Shown: positions 14,742 to 23,688 of the stretch, piece after piece
Layout: each line of letters starts with the position of its first letter
Numbering within the stretch: the first letter of the stretch is position 1
Notes under the pieces: generated by a model
Databases searched by the model: none
The model's input: the letters and a program-made list of their open reading frames with translations, nothing else
What the model was told of the DNA's origin: nothing
Made by a program: the position numbers and the translations under genes
Origin: Polyangiales bacterium
GTDB taxonomy: Bacteria; Myxococcota_A; Polyangia; Polyangiales; Polyangiaceae
NCBI GenBank assembly: GCA_038230375.1
Contig: JBBRNJ010000019.1
Span: 1 to 64,000 of the forward strand
DNA length: 64,000 nt
Direction of reading: 5' to 3'

Positions 14742-15563
14742 ATGCGGCTCATCCAAGCGCTCGTCCTGGGCATCATCGAAGGCCTGACGGAGTACCTGCC
14801 GGTGTCGTCCACCGGGCATCTCATCGTCGCCACGCACGCGCTCAAGGTGGACAGCGCGGCAGCCGACTCATTCGACATTGTCATCCAGGCCGGTGCAATC
14901 CTCGCGGTGCTCGTCCAGTATCGCTCGCTCCTTGGGACGCGTGCGCTCGGGCTCTTCTCACGCGAGAAGGCGTCGATCCAGTTGTTCAGTCAGCTGCTCG
15001 TCGCGTTCATGCCCGCCGCGATCACAGGTCTGCTCTTCCACAAGGCGATCAAGGAGCATTTCTTCTCGCCAAAGACCGTCGCCATTGCGTTCGTGATCGG
15101 CGGCGTCTTCATGATCGTCGCCTCGCGCATGCAGCCGCGGGATGGAGGGCCCCACGCGCCGAACCAGATCACAAAGCTCGAGGACATGACCATGGGTCAG
15201 GCCGCCAAGGTCGGTCTCGGGCAATGCTTCGCGCTGATCCCCGGCATGTCCCGCTCGATGTGCACCATCCTCGCCGGTCGCTTCGCCGGCCTCTCCATGC
15301 CCATCGCCGCGGAGTTCTCGTTCCTGGTCGGCCTGCCTACCCTTGGCGCCGCCACGGTCTACGAGGGCTGGAAGGCACGCCATGTGCTCATGGATCAGAT
15401 CGGTGCCCAGAACCTTGCGGTGGGACTCGTGACTTCGTTCCTGGTCGCGTGGGCCGTCATCGCCGTGTTCATCCGCTACCTGAGTCGGCGCGGCCTCGAG
15501 CCCTTCGGCTACTACCGGATCGCAGCGGGGGTGGTCGTGTGGGTCGTGATGGTCGGTATCTGA
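14742..15563 (+). CDS. uppP: Undecaprenyl-diphosphate phosphatase
   Basis: IEGLTEYLPVSSTGHL, ALIPGMSRS, AEFSFL, FGYYRI. Confidence 0.96.
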   Translation: MRLIQALVLGIIEGLTEYLPVSSTGHLIVATHALKVDSAAADSFDIVIQAGAILAVLVQYRSLLGTRALGLFSREKASIQLFSQLLVAFMPAAITGLLFHKAIKEHFFSPKTVAIAFVIGGVFMIVASRMQPRDGGPHAPNQITKLEDMTMGQAAKVGLGQCFALIPGMSRSMCTILAGRFAGLSMPIAAEFSFLVGLPTLGAATVYEGWKARHVLMDQIGAQNLAVGLVTSFLVAWAVIAVFIRYLSRRGLEPFGYYRIAAGVVVWVVMVGI

Positions 15564-15582
15564 CCGAGACTCTGACCGAGAC
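15559..15582. repeat. 12-bp perfect tandem duplication TCTGACCGAGAC x2 spanning the uppP stop
   Basis: Read directly from the sequence. Confidence 0.85.
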
Positions 15583-15603
15583 CCGCTCTCCCCTCGGGGC
15601 CTC

Positions 15604-15639
15604 TTGACTTTGCGCACACCCAGACTAAGGTCCGGCGCC
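15604..15639 (+). promoter_or_regulatory. Sigma70-type stable-RNA promoter for tRNA-Ala
   Basis: TTGACT (15604-09), 16-bp spacer, TAAGGT (15626-31), GC-rich discriminator CCGGCGCC. Confidence 0.65.
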
Positions 15640-15684
15640 GGTCGCATCTCGGATTCAATCCGCGGCGCAACCACCCGATTCATC

Positions 15685-15757
15685 GGGGCAATAGCTCAGC
15701 TGGGAGAGCGCTGCGTTCGCAATGCAGAGGTCAGGGGTTCGATCCCCCTTTGCTCCA
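15685..15757 (+). tRNA. tRNA-Ala (anticodon CGC), CCA not encoded
   Basis: Cloverleaf: GGGGCAA/TTGCTCC acceptor stem with G3:U70, D-arm GCTC/GAGC, CTGCG-TT-CGC-AA-TGCAG anticodon arm, TTCGATC T-loop. Confidence 0.97.
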
Positions 15758-15834
15758 CAAACTAGACCCACAACCGCTTCTCGCCGCTGACCGGCCGTGC
15801 GAAGATCCGTAGCTCAGGAATCCGCAAGGACCCG

Positions 15835-17022
15835 ATGAGCTCGCCGCAGCACGAAGACGAAGACGAAGAGGACATCTCCTTCACGGGGCAGATCGTCCAC
15901 GGGAAGTACCTGGTCGAGACCCTGATCGGCACCGGCGGCATGGGCACGGTCTGGCTCGGTCGCCACATCGAGCTCGGCAAGAGCGTCGCGATCAAGTTCA
16001 TTCGCCCAGATGTGGCGGAGCGTCCCGACGCGCGTAAGCGGTTCGAGATCGAGGCCCGCGCCGCGGCCAGTGTCCGCTCCGACCACGCGGTGAAGGTCTA
16101 CGACTACGGCCTCCTGCCGAACGGCTTACCGTTCATCGTCATGGAGTACCTGGAAGGGGAGTCCCTTGCCGACATGCTCGTGCGCGTCGGCGCGATCTCC
16201 GGAAAGGAAGTCGCGAAGATCATTCGCCAGGCTTCCATGGCGCTCGCGCAGGCGCACGCCGCGGGCATCGTTCACCGCGATCTGAAGCCGGACAACATCT
16301 TCCTCGCGACCAACATGCAAGGCGTCGACGCTGACAACCCGTACAGGGTGAAGCTCGTGGACTTCGGCATCGCGAAGATCCTGGACCCCTCGTACGAGGG
16401 CGGGCGCTTCGGTGGGCCCACGCAGGATGGCAACGTGATCGGCACGCCGAACTTCATGGCCCCCGAGCAGCTCACGATGGGGGGCGCCCCCGGCCCGGTG
16501 ACCGATCTCTGGTCGCTCGGCGCGTGCGCGTTCACCGCCATGACGGCGCGCATCCCCTTCGAGGGTGACGTCCTTGGCGACATCGTGCTCAAGGTCTGCA
16601 TGCAGCCCTACCCGAAGGTGTCCGAGATCAACCCTGCCGCGCCGGCGGGCTTCGACAGCTGGTTCCAGCGCGCGTGCGCACGTGATCCCGCGCAGCGCTT
16701 CCAGAGCGCAGACGAGCTCGCCACAGCGCTCGAGGGCGTGTGTGGCGTTGCTGCGAGCGGCGTGACGACGCAGACGCACGAAGAAGATCGCGTGCAGTAC
16801 AAGATCGCCGCGATCGACCCGCACCTGCTCGAAGAGATCGCGGCCATGGAGCCGAAGGGGATCTCCGCCCGCACGGCGCTCCTCGCGGGGCTCGTGATCG
16901 GCGTGACGCTCATGTTCGGGACGCTGGGCATCCTCGCCTGGCAGCGCGGTCCCGGGCAGCAAACCTACATCGATCCCACGCCAACCGCCTCACCGGCAAA
17001 AGACGCAGGCCCGCCCAAGTAG
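15835..17022 (+). CDS. Hanks-type Ser/Thr protein kinase with C-terminal TM helix
   Basis: GTGGMGTV, VAIK, HRDLKPDN, DFG, GTPNFMAPEQ, DLWSLG. Confidence 0.95.
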   Translation: MSSPQHEDEDEEDISFTGQIVHGKYLVETLIGTGGMGTVWLGRHIELGKSVAIKFIRPDVAERPDARKRFEIEARAAASVRSDHAVKVYDYGLLPNGLPFIVMEYLEGESLADMLVRVGAISGKEVAKIIRQASMALAQAHAAGIVHRDLKPDNIFLATNMQGVDADNPYRVKLVDFGIAKILDPSYEGGRFGGPTQDGNVIGTPNFMAPEQLTMGGAPGPVTDLWSLGACAFTAMTARIPFEGDVLGDIVLKVCMQPYPKVSEINPAAPAGFDSWFQRACARDPAQRFQSADELATALEGVCGVAASGVTTQTHEEDRVQYKIAAIDPHLLEEIAAMEPKGISARTALLAGLVIGVTLMFGTLGILAWQRGPGQQTYIDPTPTASPAKDAGPPK

Positions 17023-17064
17023 GGTGTGGCGCCGCGATCCAAGCGGTTCAAGCGATCAGGCGAT

Positions 17065-17325
17065 TCAAGCCGCGGGGAGAAGGCGGCGCAGCTGTACGCG
17101 CATGCTGTCGAAGCTGGGTGCCGCAAGGCCCCTGGCGCGACGGAGCATGAACAGCGCGTGGTGGACTTCAGTGTCGTCCGGCTCGCTCGTTCCGCCATCA
17201 AGGAGGTTACGATCCCTTGCCAGCTCGAATGCTGCCGCGAGCTCATCCCCCATGGCGATGTCCATGTAGGACAGCGCCTCGTCCAGGGTCAACGTCTCGA
17301 CGGAGCTGATAGCAGGTCCCTTCAT
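17065..17325 (-). CDS. Hypothetical protein (86 aa)
   Basis: ATG preceded by AGAGGT RBS; typical codon usage; the upstream extension in the ORF track looks non-coding. Confidence 0.7.
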   Translation of the reverse strand: MKGPAISSVETLTLDEALSYMDIAMGDELAAAFELARDRNLLDGGTSEPDDTEVHHALFMLRRARGLAAPSFDSMRVQLRRLLPAA

Positions 17326-17583
17326 GCGTCTACCTCTTTCGCTAACACGCGATGCTGCACTCTCCGTGCCGGGGAACCCGTCCCCAACGCGAAGTCCAAT
17401 GAGAGAAACAAGATCCGAGAACATGACCGCTGGTGTGCGCGGCTTGCGCAGACCATTGCCGAACGCGCGCGGTCGCAGGAAGGCGGCCGCCGTTGGCAGT
17501 GAGGGCAGCGCGATGATGATGTCGATCGCGGTGAGCAGTCCGGCGCGCGTGGAAACGACGTGCAGCGGCGACAAGTTGCGGCC

Positions 17584-17758
17584 GCGCGTGCGAAGGATGG
17601 TGGTCCAACCACCAGGCCTGTAGTCCGGGTGGAAGACGGCGGAGAGGCCTCTGTTCCGTGCGGCCTTTCGGCCGAAGGATGCGGGCGCTCTGTTGATGAA
17701 CCTGGGCTCGAAAGGGCTGACCGCTCTGGCCTGTCGGGCGCGCTTCTCGCTGCCGCGC
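17584..17758 (+). ncRNA. Candidate structured ncRNA (6S-like rod)
   Basis: Nested helices found by eye: GCGCG/CGCGC, CAGGCC/GGCCTG, AGTCCGGGT/ACCTGGGCT, GGCGGAG/CTCTGTT, CGGCC/GGCCG; G-U pairs favour the + strand; lies in a ~630-bp intergenic gap. Confidence 0.45.
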
Positions 17759-17959
17759 TCCGTACCCTTCTGAACTGATCCGCCGTGTGGTTGCGTCAAT
17801 CTCCCTCCCCGGAAGTCGCTGGAATCATCGAAATGAAGCCCAGCTAATTTCAGGGTAACGCGCAGAAATTTGCCGGGCCAACTTTTTTCGGCTTTCAGTG
17901 CCCGTTTCAGTGAGGGGAACGCTTACCGTGTAGGATACAAGTTCTTCGATCTGGCGGTG

Positions 17960-19627
17960 TCATGGAGCCTGCTTCCGCTGCTGGATCTCCAGCCAACGGA
18001 CCATCATGCTGCCAGCGTGCTGCAGGTAGTCGATGCGGATCTGCCAGTCCACCGCGCTGCCTGGCATGGCTCCGTGCATCACCTGCGGGCTCGCGAACAG
18101 GTGCGTTGGCCCAGGACGAAACTGATGGCGGACAACGAAGGCGATCGCGCTGTCCAGCTCGCGCGTCAATGCCGCGCGCTCCGGATCGGGACGGCCGCTC
18201 TGGGTCTCGTCGCGCATCACCGCGAGCAACGTTGCCCCAGCAGCCTCGCCACGGCTCGACGCCGGTGTCAGGCGCGGGCTGACGAAGTTGCCAACGCCGA
18301 ACGCGCCCTCCGCATCCATCGCGTGCTCATTCGTTCCGTACTGCAGACGCCGTTGGTACTCGTGCCACCGCTTGCAGAACGTGAGCGCCTCGCGGTTGGG
18401 CGCACGCTCCCAGAGATCTTCCAGGGCCTGACACGTCCAGTGCTCCTCGCTGAAGTAATAGCGATCACCGAAGAAATGCCAGCCGGAGCCCACCAGGCGC
18501 GAGAGCCCGCGAACGGCTGCGTCCAGGTCGCGCGGATCGTTCGTGATGCGATGCGCGCGTGCGAGTGCCAGCGTTGCCTCGCCGGAGAAGTAGAGGAGCT
18601 GTACGTCGATGGGCTTCTGGGCTGCGCGATCGTACAGGTGCTGGAACTCGCCGTCGGGCCGCTGCTGACTGCGCAAGAACTCCGCCAGTGCCTTGATCTG
18701 CGTCTTGTAGCTTGCATCAATGTCGCCGCGGACGATCTCGGTGAACGCGATCAACGCGAGCGCCGCCGACCCGATCTCCGCATCGTTGTCCTCTGCGATG
18801 CACGTGTGCGCGCCGCACGGGACCATGCGCTCGTCGCGAATGATTGCCGCCGCGCGCAGCGCCGCGTACGCGATGATCGGCTCGTGCTCCACCGCCGCCG
18901 CCTGCGCCAGGAAGAACGTCGCGCCTGCGTGGCGCGGCCAGCTGTACCCCGGGATCTCCTTGTCGGTCGTCGCCTCGACCAGGTATCGGAATCTGCCGCG
19001 CGCATCCAGGTTTCGTGACAGGTAGCGCGACGCATCCTTGACGGCCGTGTGCACGTCTTCGGCCGTGAGCGTGTCCGCGGTGACGCGCCGCGCCGGCTGC
19101 GCAGGGACCACCGGCGCTGCAGCGGGCACGTGACGCTCGAACCGGATGCGGCGGAACGAGGCGCGCGCGTCCACCTCCTGCGCGGTCATGCCCAGCTCCT
19201 TTGCCGCCGTTGCCAGGACGACCGCGCGGTCCACGCCAAGGCCCAGCCCAGCCTCCGCGAACATCTGCGTGTGGTCGTATGCGCGCGCCGACATGAGCTC
19301 GTCGACCGTCATCACCGACGTGCGCTCTCCCACCGTGACGGCCACGCCATCGCGCCCCGGCACCACGCCCAGCTCGAAGAAGCCGGGCAGCGAGGACATG
19401 GGCGCCTCTGCCACGCCCTCTTCCGTGACCACGGTGCTGTCTGCCGGCACCGGCTCTGGAGCGACGCTGCTGCCCACCACATGACGCCCGACTGCCACGC
19501 CGCCCTTCCACGCAATGACCACGCGCGTGCGCTCGGCCGTGGGCACGTCGTGCAGAGAAAAATGCGTGCAAGATGCAACGAACGACAGCAACCCCGCGAA
19601 CGCGATGAGCAGCAGCACACGACACAT
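17960..19627 (-). CDS. Putative lipoprotein, AMMECR1-like N-terminal part plus (alpha/alpha)-barrel six-hairpin-like domain
   Basis: Lipobox-like VASC; GRFRY, YSWPRHAG, QQRPDGEF, YFSGEATLAL, IRIDYLQH motifs. Confidence 0.65.
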   Translation of the reverse strand: MCRVLLLIAFAGLLSFVASCTHFSLHDVPTAERTRVVIAWKGGVAVGRHVVGSSVAPEPVPADSTVVTEEGVAEAPMSSLPGFFELGVVPGRDGVAVTVGERTSVMTVDELMSARAYDHTQMFAEAGLGLGVDRAVVLATAAKELGMTAQEVDARASFRRIRFERHVPAAAPVVPAQPARRVTADTLTAEDVHTAVKDASRYLSRNLDARGRFRYLVEATTDKEIPGYSWPRHAGATFFLAQAAAVEHEPIIAYAALRAAAIIRDERMVPCGAHTCIAEDNDAEIGSAALALIAFTEIVRGDIDASYKTQIKALAEFLRSQQRPDGEFQHLYDRAAQKPIDVQLLYFSGEATLALARAHRITNDPRDLDAAVRGLSRLVGSGWHFFGDRYYFSEEHWTCQALEDLWERAPNREALTFCKRWHEYQRRLQYGTNEHAMDAEGAFGVGNFVSPRLTPASSRGEAAGATLLAVMRDETQSGRPDPERAALTRELDSAIAFVVRHQFRPGPTHLFASPQVMHGAMPGSAVDWQIRIDYLQHAGSMMVRWLEIQQRKQAP

Positions 19628-19638
19628 TCGCCCGAACG

Positions 19639-20049
19639 TCACGCGCGGCTCCGGGGACCAACCCAGACCAGGCACGCGGCAGGCAGCGCGATTGTGTACG
19701 GGAAAACAAGCGCGATCACGAACACGAAGATGAGCGCACCGCCCTGCCCCACGGGACCATACGCCCCGCGCAGGTAGCCAGCAGAGGACGACAGGAGCAC
19801 GATCACGATCGCCCCGAGCAAGAGCGTCACGTAGGAGGCAACGCGCGCGAGTGCCTTGCCGCGCGCATGCCCGGCGAGCAGCGCGACCGATGTGAGCGCG
19901 AGCAATCCGCCGAGCACCCCGCCAGAGACGTCCACCACCGCGTATCGGGTGGGCAGCCCCATGAACACGCCACACAGGATCAGCGCCGCCGTGAGCAGGA
20001 AGAGCACGCCGAACGTTCGCCGGACGGCCGTCTCGGAGGGGCCAGACAT
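19639..20049 (-). CDS. Hypothetical 4-TM membrane protein
   Basis: Four hydrophobic stretches; packed tightly between co-oriented neighbours. Confidence 0.7.
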   Translation of the reverse strand: MSGPSETAVRRTFGVLFLLTAALILCGVFMGLPTRYAVVDVSGGVLGGLLALTSVALLAGHARGKALARVASYVTLLLGAIVIVLLSSSAGYLRGAYGPVGQGGALIFVFVIALVFPYTIALPAACLVWVGPRSRA

Positions 20050-20068
20050 GGGCCCGTGAGTAACACGC

Positions 20069-21607
20069 TCAGAATTGCCCGTAAACGAACGGCTCCGCCT
20101 TCGCGCCTGCGGCCGCGTGCAGCCCGAACGCGCATGCCGCAAGCAACAGGCCCTGCACCGGTGCCGGCGCTCGCGCGAACGCGTCGCGGACCTGGTCCTC
20201 GATTCGCTTCGGCACGAAGTGGAGGGCAAGGCCGACCACCAGCAGCACCACCACCTTGAGCGGCAGATTGTCCGTTCCGTAGCTCAGCTTGCCAAGGCGC
20301 GCGAGCAGGTCGGTGGCGTGGTGAAACGACGGCGCGCGGAAGAATACCCAGCAAAAGCACACGAAGTGAAAGGTGCAGAATACATTGAATGCCGTGCGCA
20401 GCGGAGAGACCGGCGCGTTGCGAACTTGCTTTGGGGCATGACCATCGGCCGGGCTGCGGTACGGCCCTGCCGTTTCATCTGTCTGCTTCGCGGGCCTGCG
20501 CCTGCGCTGCCACGCGCGGTTCACCGCGAGCGCGCCGCCGTGCAGGGCGCCCCACAGGACGAAGTTCCACGACGCGCCGTGCCACAGTCCGCCGAGCACC
20601 ATCGTCGCGAGCAGATTGAAATAGGTGCGCGCGGTGCCGTAGCGGTTTCCGCCGAGCGGCACGTAGAGGTAGTCGCGCAGCCAGGTGGAGAGCGAGATGT
20701 GCCACTTCCGCCAGAACTCCTGCAGGTCGCGCGAGGTGTACGGCGCGTCGAAGTTGTACGGCAGGTCGTACCCGAAGAGCTTCGCGCTGCCGATGGCCAC
20801 GTCCGTGTAGCCGGAGAAGTCAGCGTAGATCTGGATCGCGTACGCGTAGATCGCGACCAGCCCTTCGAGCGACGAGTACCGCTCCGGATTGTCGAAGACG
20901 CGCCCCACGAGGTTCTGCGCGAGCGTGTCGCCAATGATGATCTTCTTCGCGAGGCCCGTGGCGATCTGCGAGAGCGCACGCGCCCTGTCGGCCTCCGACA
21001 CCTTCGGGTCCGCCGCCAGCTGCGGCAACATCTGGTGAGGCCGCACGATGGGCCCCGCGACCAGGTGCGGGAAGAAGCACACGAAGAGCAGGTACTCCTT
21101 GTAGCTCTTCGCGGGGACGATCTCCTTGCGGTAGACGTCGATGGTGTAGCTCATGGTCTCGAACGTGAAGAACGAGATGCCGAATGGCAGCGCCAGTCGC
21201 AGGTGCGTGGGCGTGATGGGCACGCCGATCTTGTGCATGAGCAGCGCGAAGGTGTCCGCGCCAAAGTTCCAGTACTTGAAGAGCGAGAGCACGCCCAGGT
21301 AGTAGAAGACCGAGACCAGCAGCAGCGCCTTGCGCTTGCCTGGAGCCGTCACGTGCGCCATCGCACGGCCAATGCCGTAGTCCAGCGAGCTGCCCACGAA
21401 GATGATGCCGAAGCACATCGCGCTCCAGCCTACGGGGCCGAGCGGCACGTCCTCTTCGAGCGCCGCGTCGTACGTGCCGTAGATATAAAACGTGTAGCTT
21501 GCAAGTATCAGGAACAGCGTGCGCAGGCCGTGATACCCGCGCAGGAGCCAGAAGCCGGCATAGGTCCCCAGCAGGAACGCCGCATAGAGGGCGCTGTTGA
21601 ACAGCAT
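20069..21607 (-). CDS. MBOAT family O-acyltransferase (AlgI/PatA-like)
   Basis: LPFGISFFTF, FFPHLVAGPIVR, QIYADFSGYTD, FWRKWHISLSTWLRDYLYVPLGGNR, GLWHGA, FVYGQF. Confidence 0.95.
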   Translation of the reverse strand: MLFNSALYAAFLLGTYAGFWLLRGYHGLRTLFLILASYTFYIYGTYDAALEEDVPLGPVGWSAMCFGIIFVGSSLDYGIGRAMAHVTAPGKRKALLLVSVFYYLGVLSLFKYWNFGADTFALLMHKIGVPITPTHLRLALPFGISFFTFETMSYTIDVYRKEIVPAKSYKEYLLFVCFFPHLVAGPIVRPHQMLPQLAADPKVSEADRARALSQIATGLAKKIIIGDTLAQNLVGRVFDNPERYSSLEGLVAIYAYAIQIYADFSGYTDVAIGSAKLFGYDLPYNFDAPYTSRDLQEFWRKWHISLSTWLRDYLYVPLGGNRYGTARTYFNLLATMVLGGLWHGASWNFVLWGALHGGALAVNRAWQRRRRPAKQTDETAGPYRSPADGHAPKQVRNAPVSPLRTAFNVFCTFHFVCFCWVFFRAPSFHHATDLLARLGKLSYGTDNLPLKVVVLLVVGLALHFVPKRIEDQVRDAFARAPAPVQGLLLAACAFGLHAAAGAKAEPFVYGQF

Positions 21608-21648
21608 GCTTGCGGCATGTAACCGCGCTCATGCGGCCGCGGCAAGTT

Positions 21649-23631
21649 TCACATCAGCTTCACGGGCATGATCTCCGCGGACAGCTGCACCTCGTTGCCC
21701 AGGCCATAGCTGAAGTACGCGGGCTGGCTGGTTCGGCGCAGGATGCCGAAGATCATCAGGCGAATGCGTCCAGCAAGGCCCGTGTTGCGGGCGGGGATCA
21801 GGTTCTCCTGCGACACATGGACGATCCACTTGTGCGGGTCGGCGGGCAGGTCCACCTGGTGGTGACCCGCTAGCTCCGCAAGCACGTGCTCCACATTGGG
21901 GTCCTCGAGGAAGCCAAACTTCACGGTCACGCTGACGATGCTCCCGTTGCCCTCGTCCTTCTGGAAGACAGTCACGTCGTAGCGGCTGTCGCGGACGTAG
22001 GGCGTCTTCGCATGCACGACCTCCACGAAGACCAGGTTCCTGGGCAGGAGCCCGTAGCGGTCCAGGAGCAGCTGCAGCAGCGCGGGCGTATTGTCATCCA
22101 TGTCGCGCATGGGCTTTGGCACCATCAGGATCGCGTTGCGCTCCACGAAGGTCGTGGCCTTCTCCTTGTGCGCCACGAGCTCCCTCATGGTCATGGTGGG
22201 CTTGCTGGAGTACGCGGCGAAGGTCGCCTTCCGGCCCCAGCGCCAGGTGATCATCACGACGAAGAGCGCGATGCCCAGGCCCAGTGGCACGAAGCCGCCC
22301 TCGAACACCTTGAGCGAGTTCGCGAGAAGGAACGAGCTGTCGATCGCACCGAACGCGACGAACAGCAGCAGCGCAGGAAGGCTCCACTTCCAGGCCAGGC
22401 GTGCGAATGGGAGCATTGCCATCGACGTGGCCACCATCACGCCGGACTCCGCAAGACCGTACGCGGCGGCCAGCGCGGAGCTTGAACCGAACGTGAGCAC
22501 CAGCAAGATGCACCCGCAGAGGAGCGCCCAGTTCACGAACGGCACGTAGATCTGCCCTTCGTGCGCGTGATGCGTGTGCACGATGCGCATGCGCGGGAAG
22601 AGCCCCAGACCGATCCCTTGCGACGCCAGGGAGAACGCGCCGGAGATGAGCGCCTGCGACGCGATGATCGTGGCGAGCGTCGCCAGCACCACCATGGGCA
22701 GCACCATGGCGTGCGGCACCATGCTGAAGAACAGGTTGCTCTTCACCACGGGCGCGCCGCTCATCAGGAACGCGCCCTGACCCAGGTAGTTGAGGAGGAG
22801 CGAAGGGAACACGATGGCAAACCAGCTGATGCGAATGGGAAGCCTGCCGAAGTGCCCCATGTCCGCATAGAGCGCCTCGCCGCCGGTCACCGTGAGCACC
22901 ACCGAGCCGAGCACCAGCAGGCTCATGCGAATACCTGCAGTATGCAAGAATCGGAGACCCCACAACGGATTCAGGGCGGAGATGATCTCAGGGTGCACCA
23001 CGATCTGCCGCGCGCCCAGCGCCGCGATGGTCAGGAACCACACCACGAGCACCGGGCCGAAGATGCGGCCCACCTTCTCCGTGCCCTTGAACTGGATCGA
23101 GAAGAGCCCCGTGAGGATGGCGATGGTGATGGGGATCACCGCGTGCTCGAACACGGGCGTCGCGACGTTGAGCCCCTCCACCGCGGAGAGCACGCTGATG
23201 GCCGGCGTGATCACGCCATCACCGAACAGGAGGCCCGCGGCGAGCATCAGCCCGAACATCAGGTACTTGAGCCCGCGCTCGCGGTACTTGTGGAGCAGGC
23301 CGTACAGGGCGAAGACACCACCCTCACCGTCGTTGTCGGCGCGCAGCACGAACAGCACGTACTTCAGTGCCACCACGATGATGAGCGCCCAGATGACCAG
23401 CGAGATGCAGCCGCGCGCGTTCTCTGGCGTGGGCGCCACGTGCCCGTGGCCGAAGAAGATCTCGTTCACCGCGTAGAGCGGCGACGTGCCTATGTCGCCG
23501 TACACCACGCCCAGCGCGCCGAGCGTGAGCGCGGTCACGCCGCCTCGTGCCGCGTGCGGTTCGAGCTTCTGACCGGAGCCCTGGGGTACCGCTTCGTCTT
23601 CCGACGGGGCCCGGGCGGGCGGGATGCTCAT
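21649..23631 (-). CDS. kup: KUP/HAK/KT potassium transporter
   Basis: GVVYGDIGTSPLY, ADNDGEGG, GDGVITPAISVLSAVEG, GEALYADMGHF. Confidence 0.96.
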   Translation of the reverse strand: MSIPPARAPSEDEAVPQGSGQKLEPHAARGGVTALTLGALGVVYGDIGTSPLYAVNEIFFGHGHVAPTPENARGCISLVIWALIIVVALKYVLFVLRADNDGEGGVFALYGLLHKYRERGLKYLMFGLMLAAGLLFGDGVITPAISVLSAVEGLNVATPVFEHAVIPITIAILTGLFSIQFKGTEKVGRIFGPVLVVWFLTIAALGARQIVVHPEIISALNPLWGLRFLHTAGIRMSLLVLGSVVLTVTGGEALYADMGHFGRLPIRISWFAIVFPSLLLNYLGQGAFLMSGAPVVKSNLFFSMVPHAMVLPMVVLATLATIIASQALISGAFSLASQGIGLGLFPRMRIVHTHHAHEGQIYVPFVNWALLCGCILLVLTFGSSSALAAAYGLAESGVMVATSMAMLPFARLAWKWSLPALLLFVAFGAIDSSFLLANSLKVFEGGFVPLGLGIALFVVMITWRWGRKATFAAYSSKPTMTMRELVAHKEKATTFVERNAILMVPKPMRDMDDNTPALLQLLLDRYGLLPRNLVFVEVVHAKTPYVRDSRYDVTVFQKDEGNGSIVSVTVKFGFLEDPNVEHVLAELAGHHQVDLPADPHKWIVHVSQENLIPARNTGLAGRIRLMIFGILRRTSQPAYFSYGLGNEVQLSAEIMPVKLM

Positions 23632-23688
23632 GAGGTCATCCTATCCGGTCGGCGCTTCGCTTGTCCGCCTGCAACCGGTCGTGTAATC

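Noticed and set aside
17600..17640. FMN riboswitch-like 3' motif TAGTCCGGGTGGAAGA
   Set aside because: The upstream conserved FMN elements (AGGGC.GGGTGAAATTCCC, GCCGACGGT) are absent and no rib gene is nearby
17326..17799. N-terminal extension of the 244-aa ORF 17065-17799
   Set aside because: Atypical composition and a good RBS at the internal ATG 17325; the region is more likely non-coding or RNA
15685..17960. tRNA as an island integration site
   Set aside because: No integrase and no duplicated tRNA 3' end seen in the window
22561..23688. Long N-terminal extensions in the ORF track (887-aa, 915-aa, 781-aa and 1146-aa ORFs)
   Set aside because: They overlap real genes on the other strand or frame; true starts are internal, at signal peptides or TM segments
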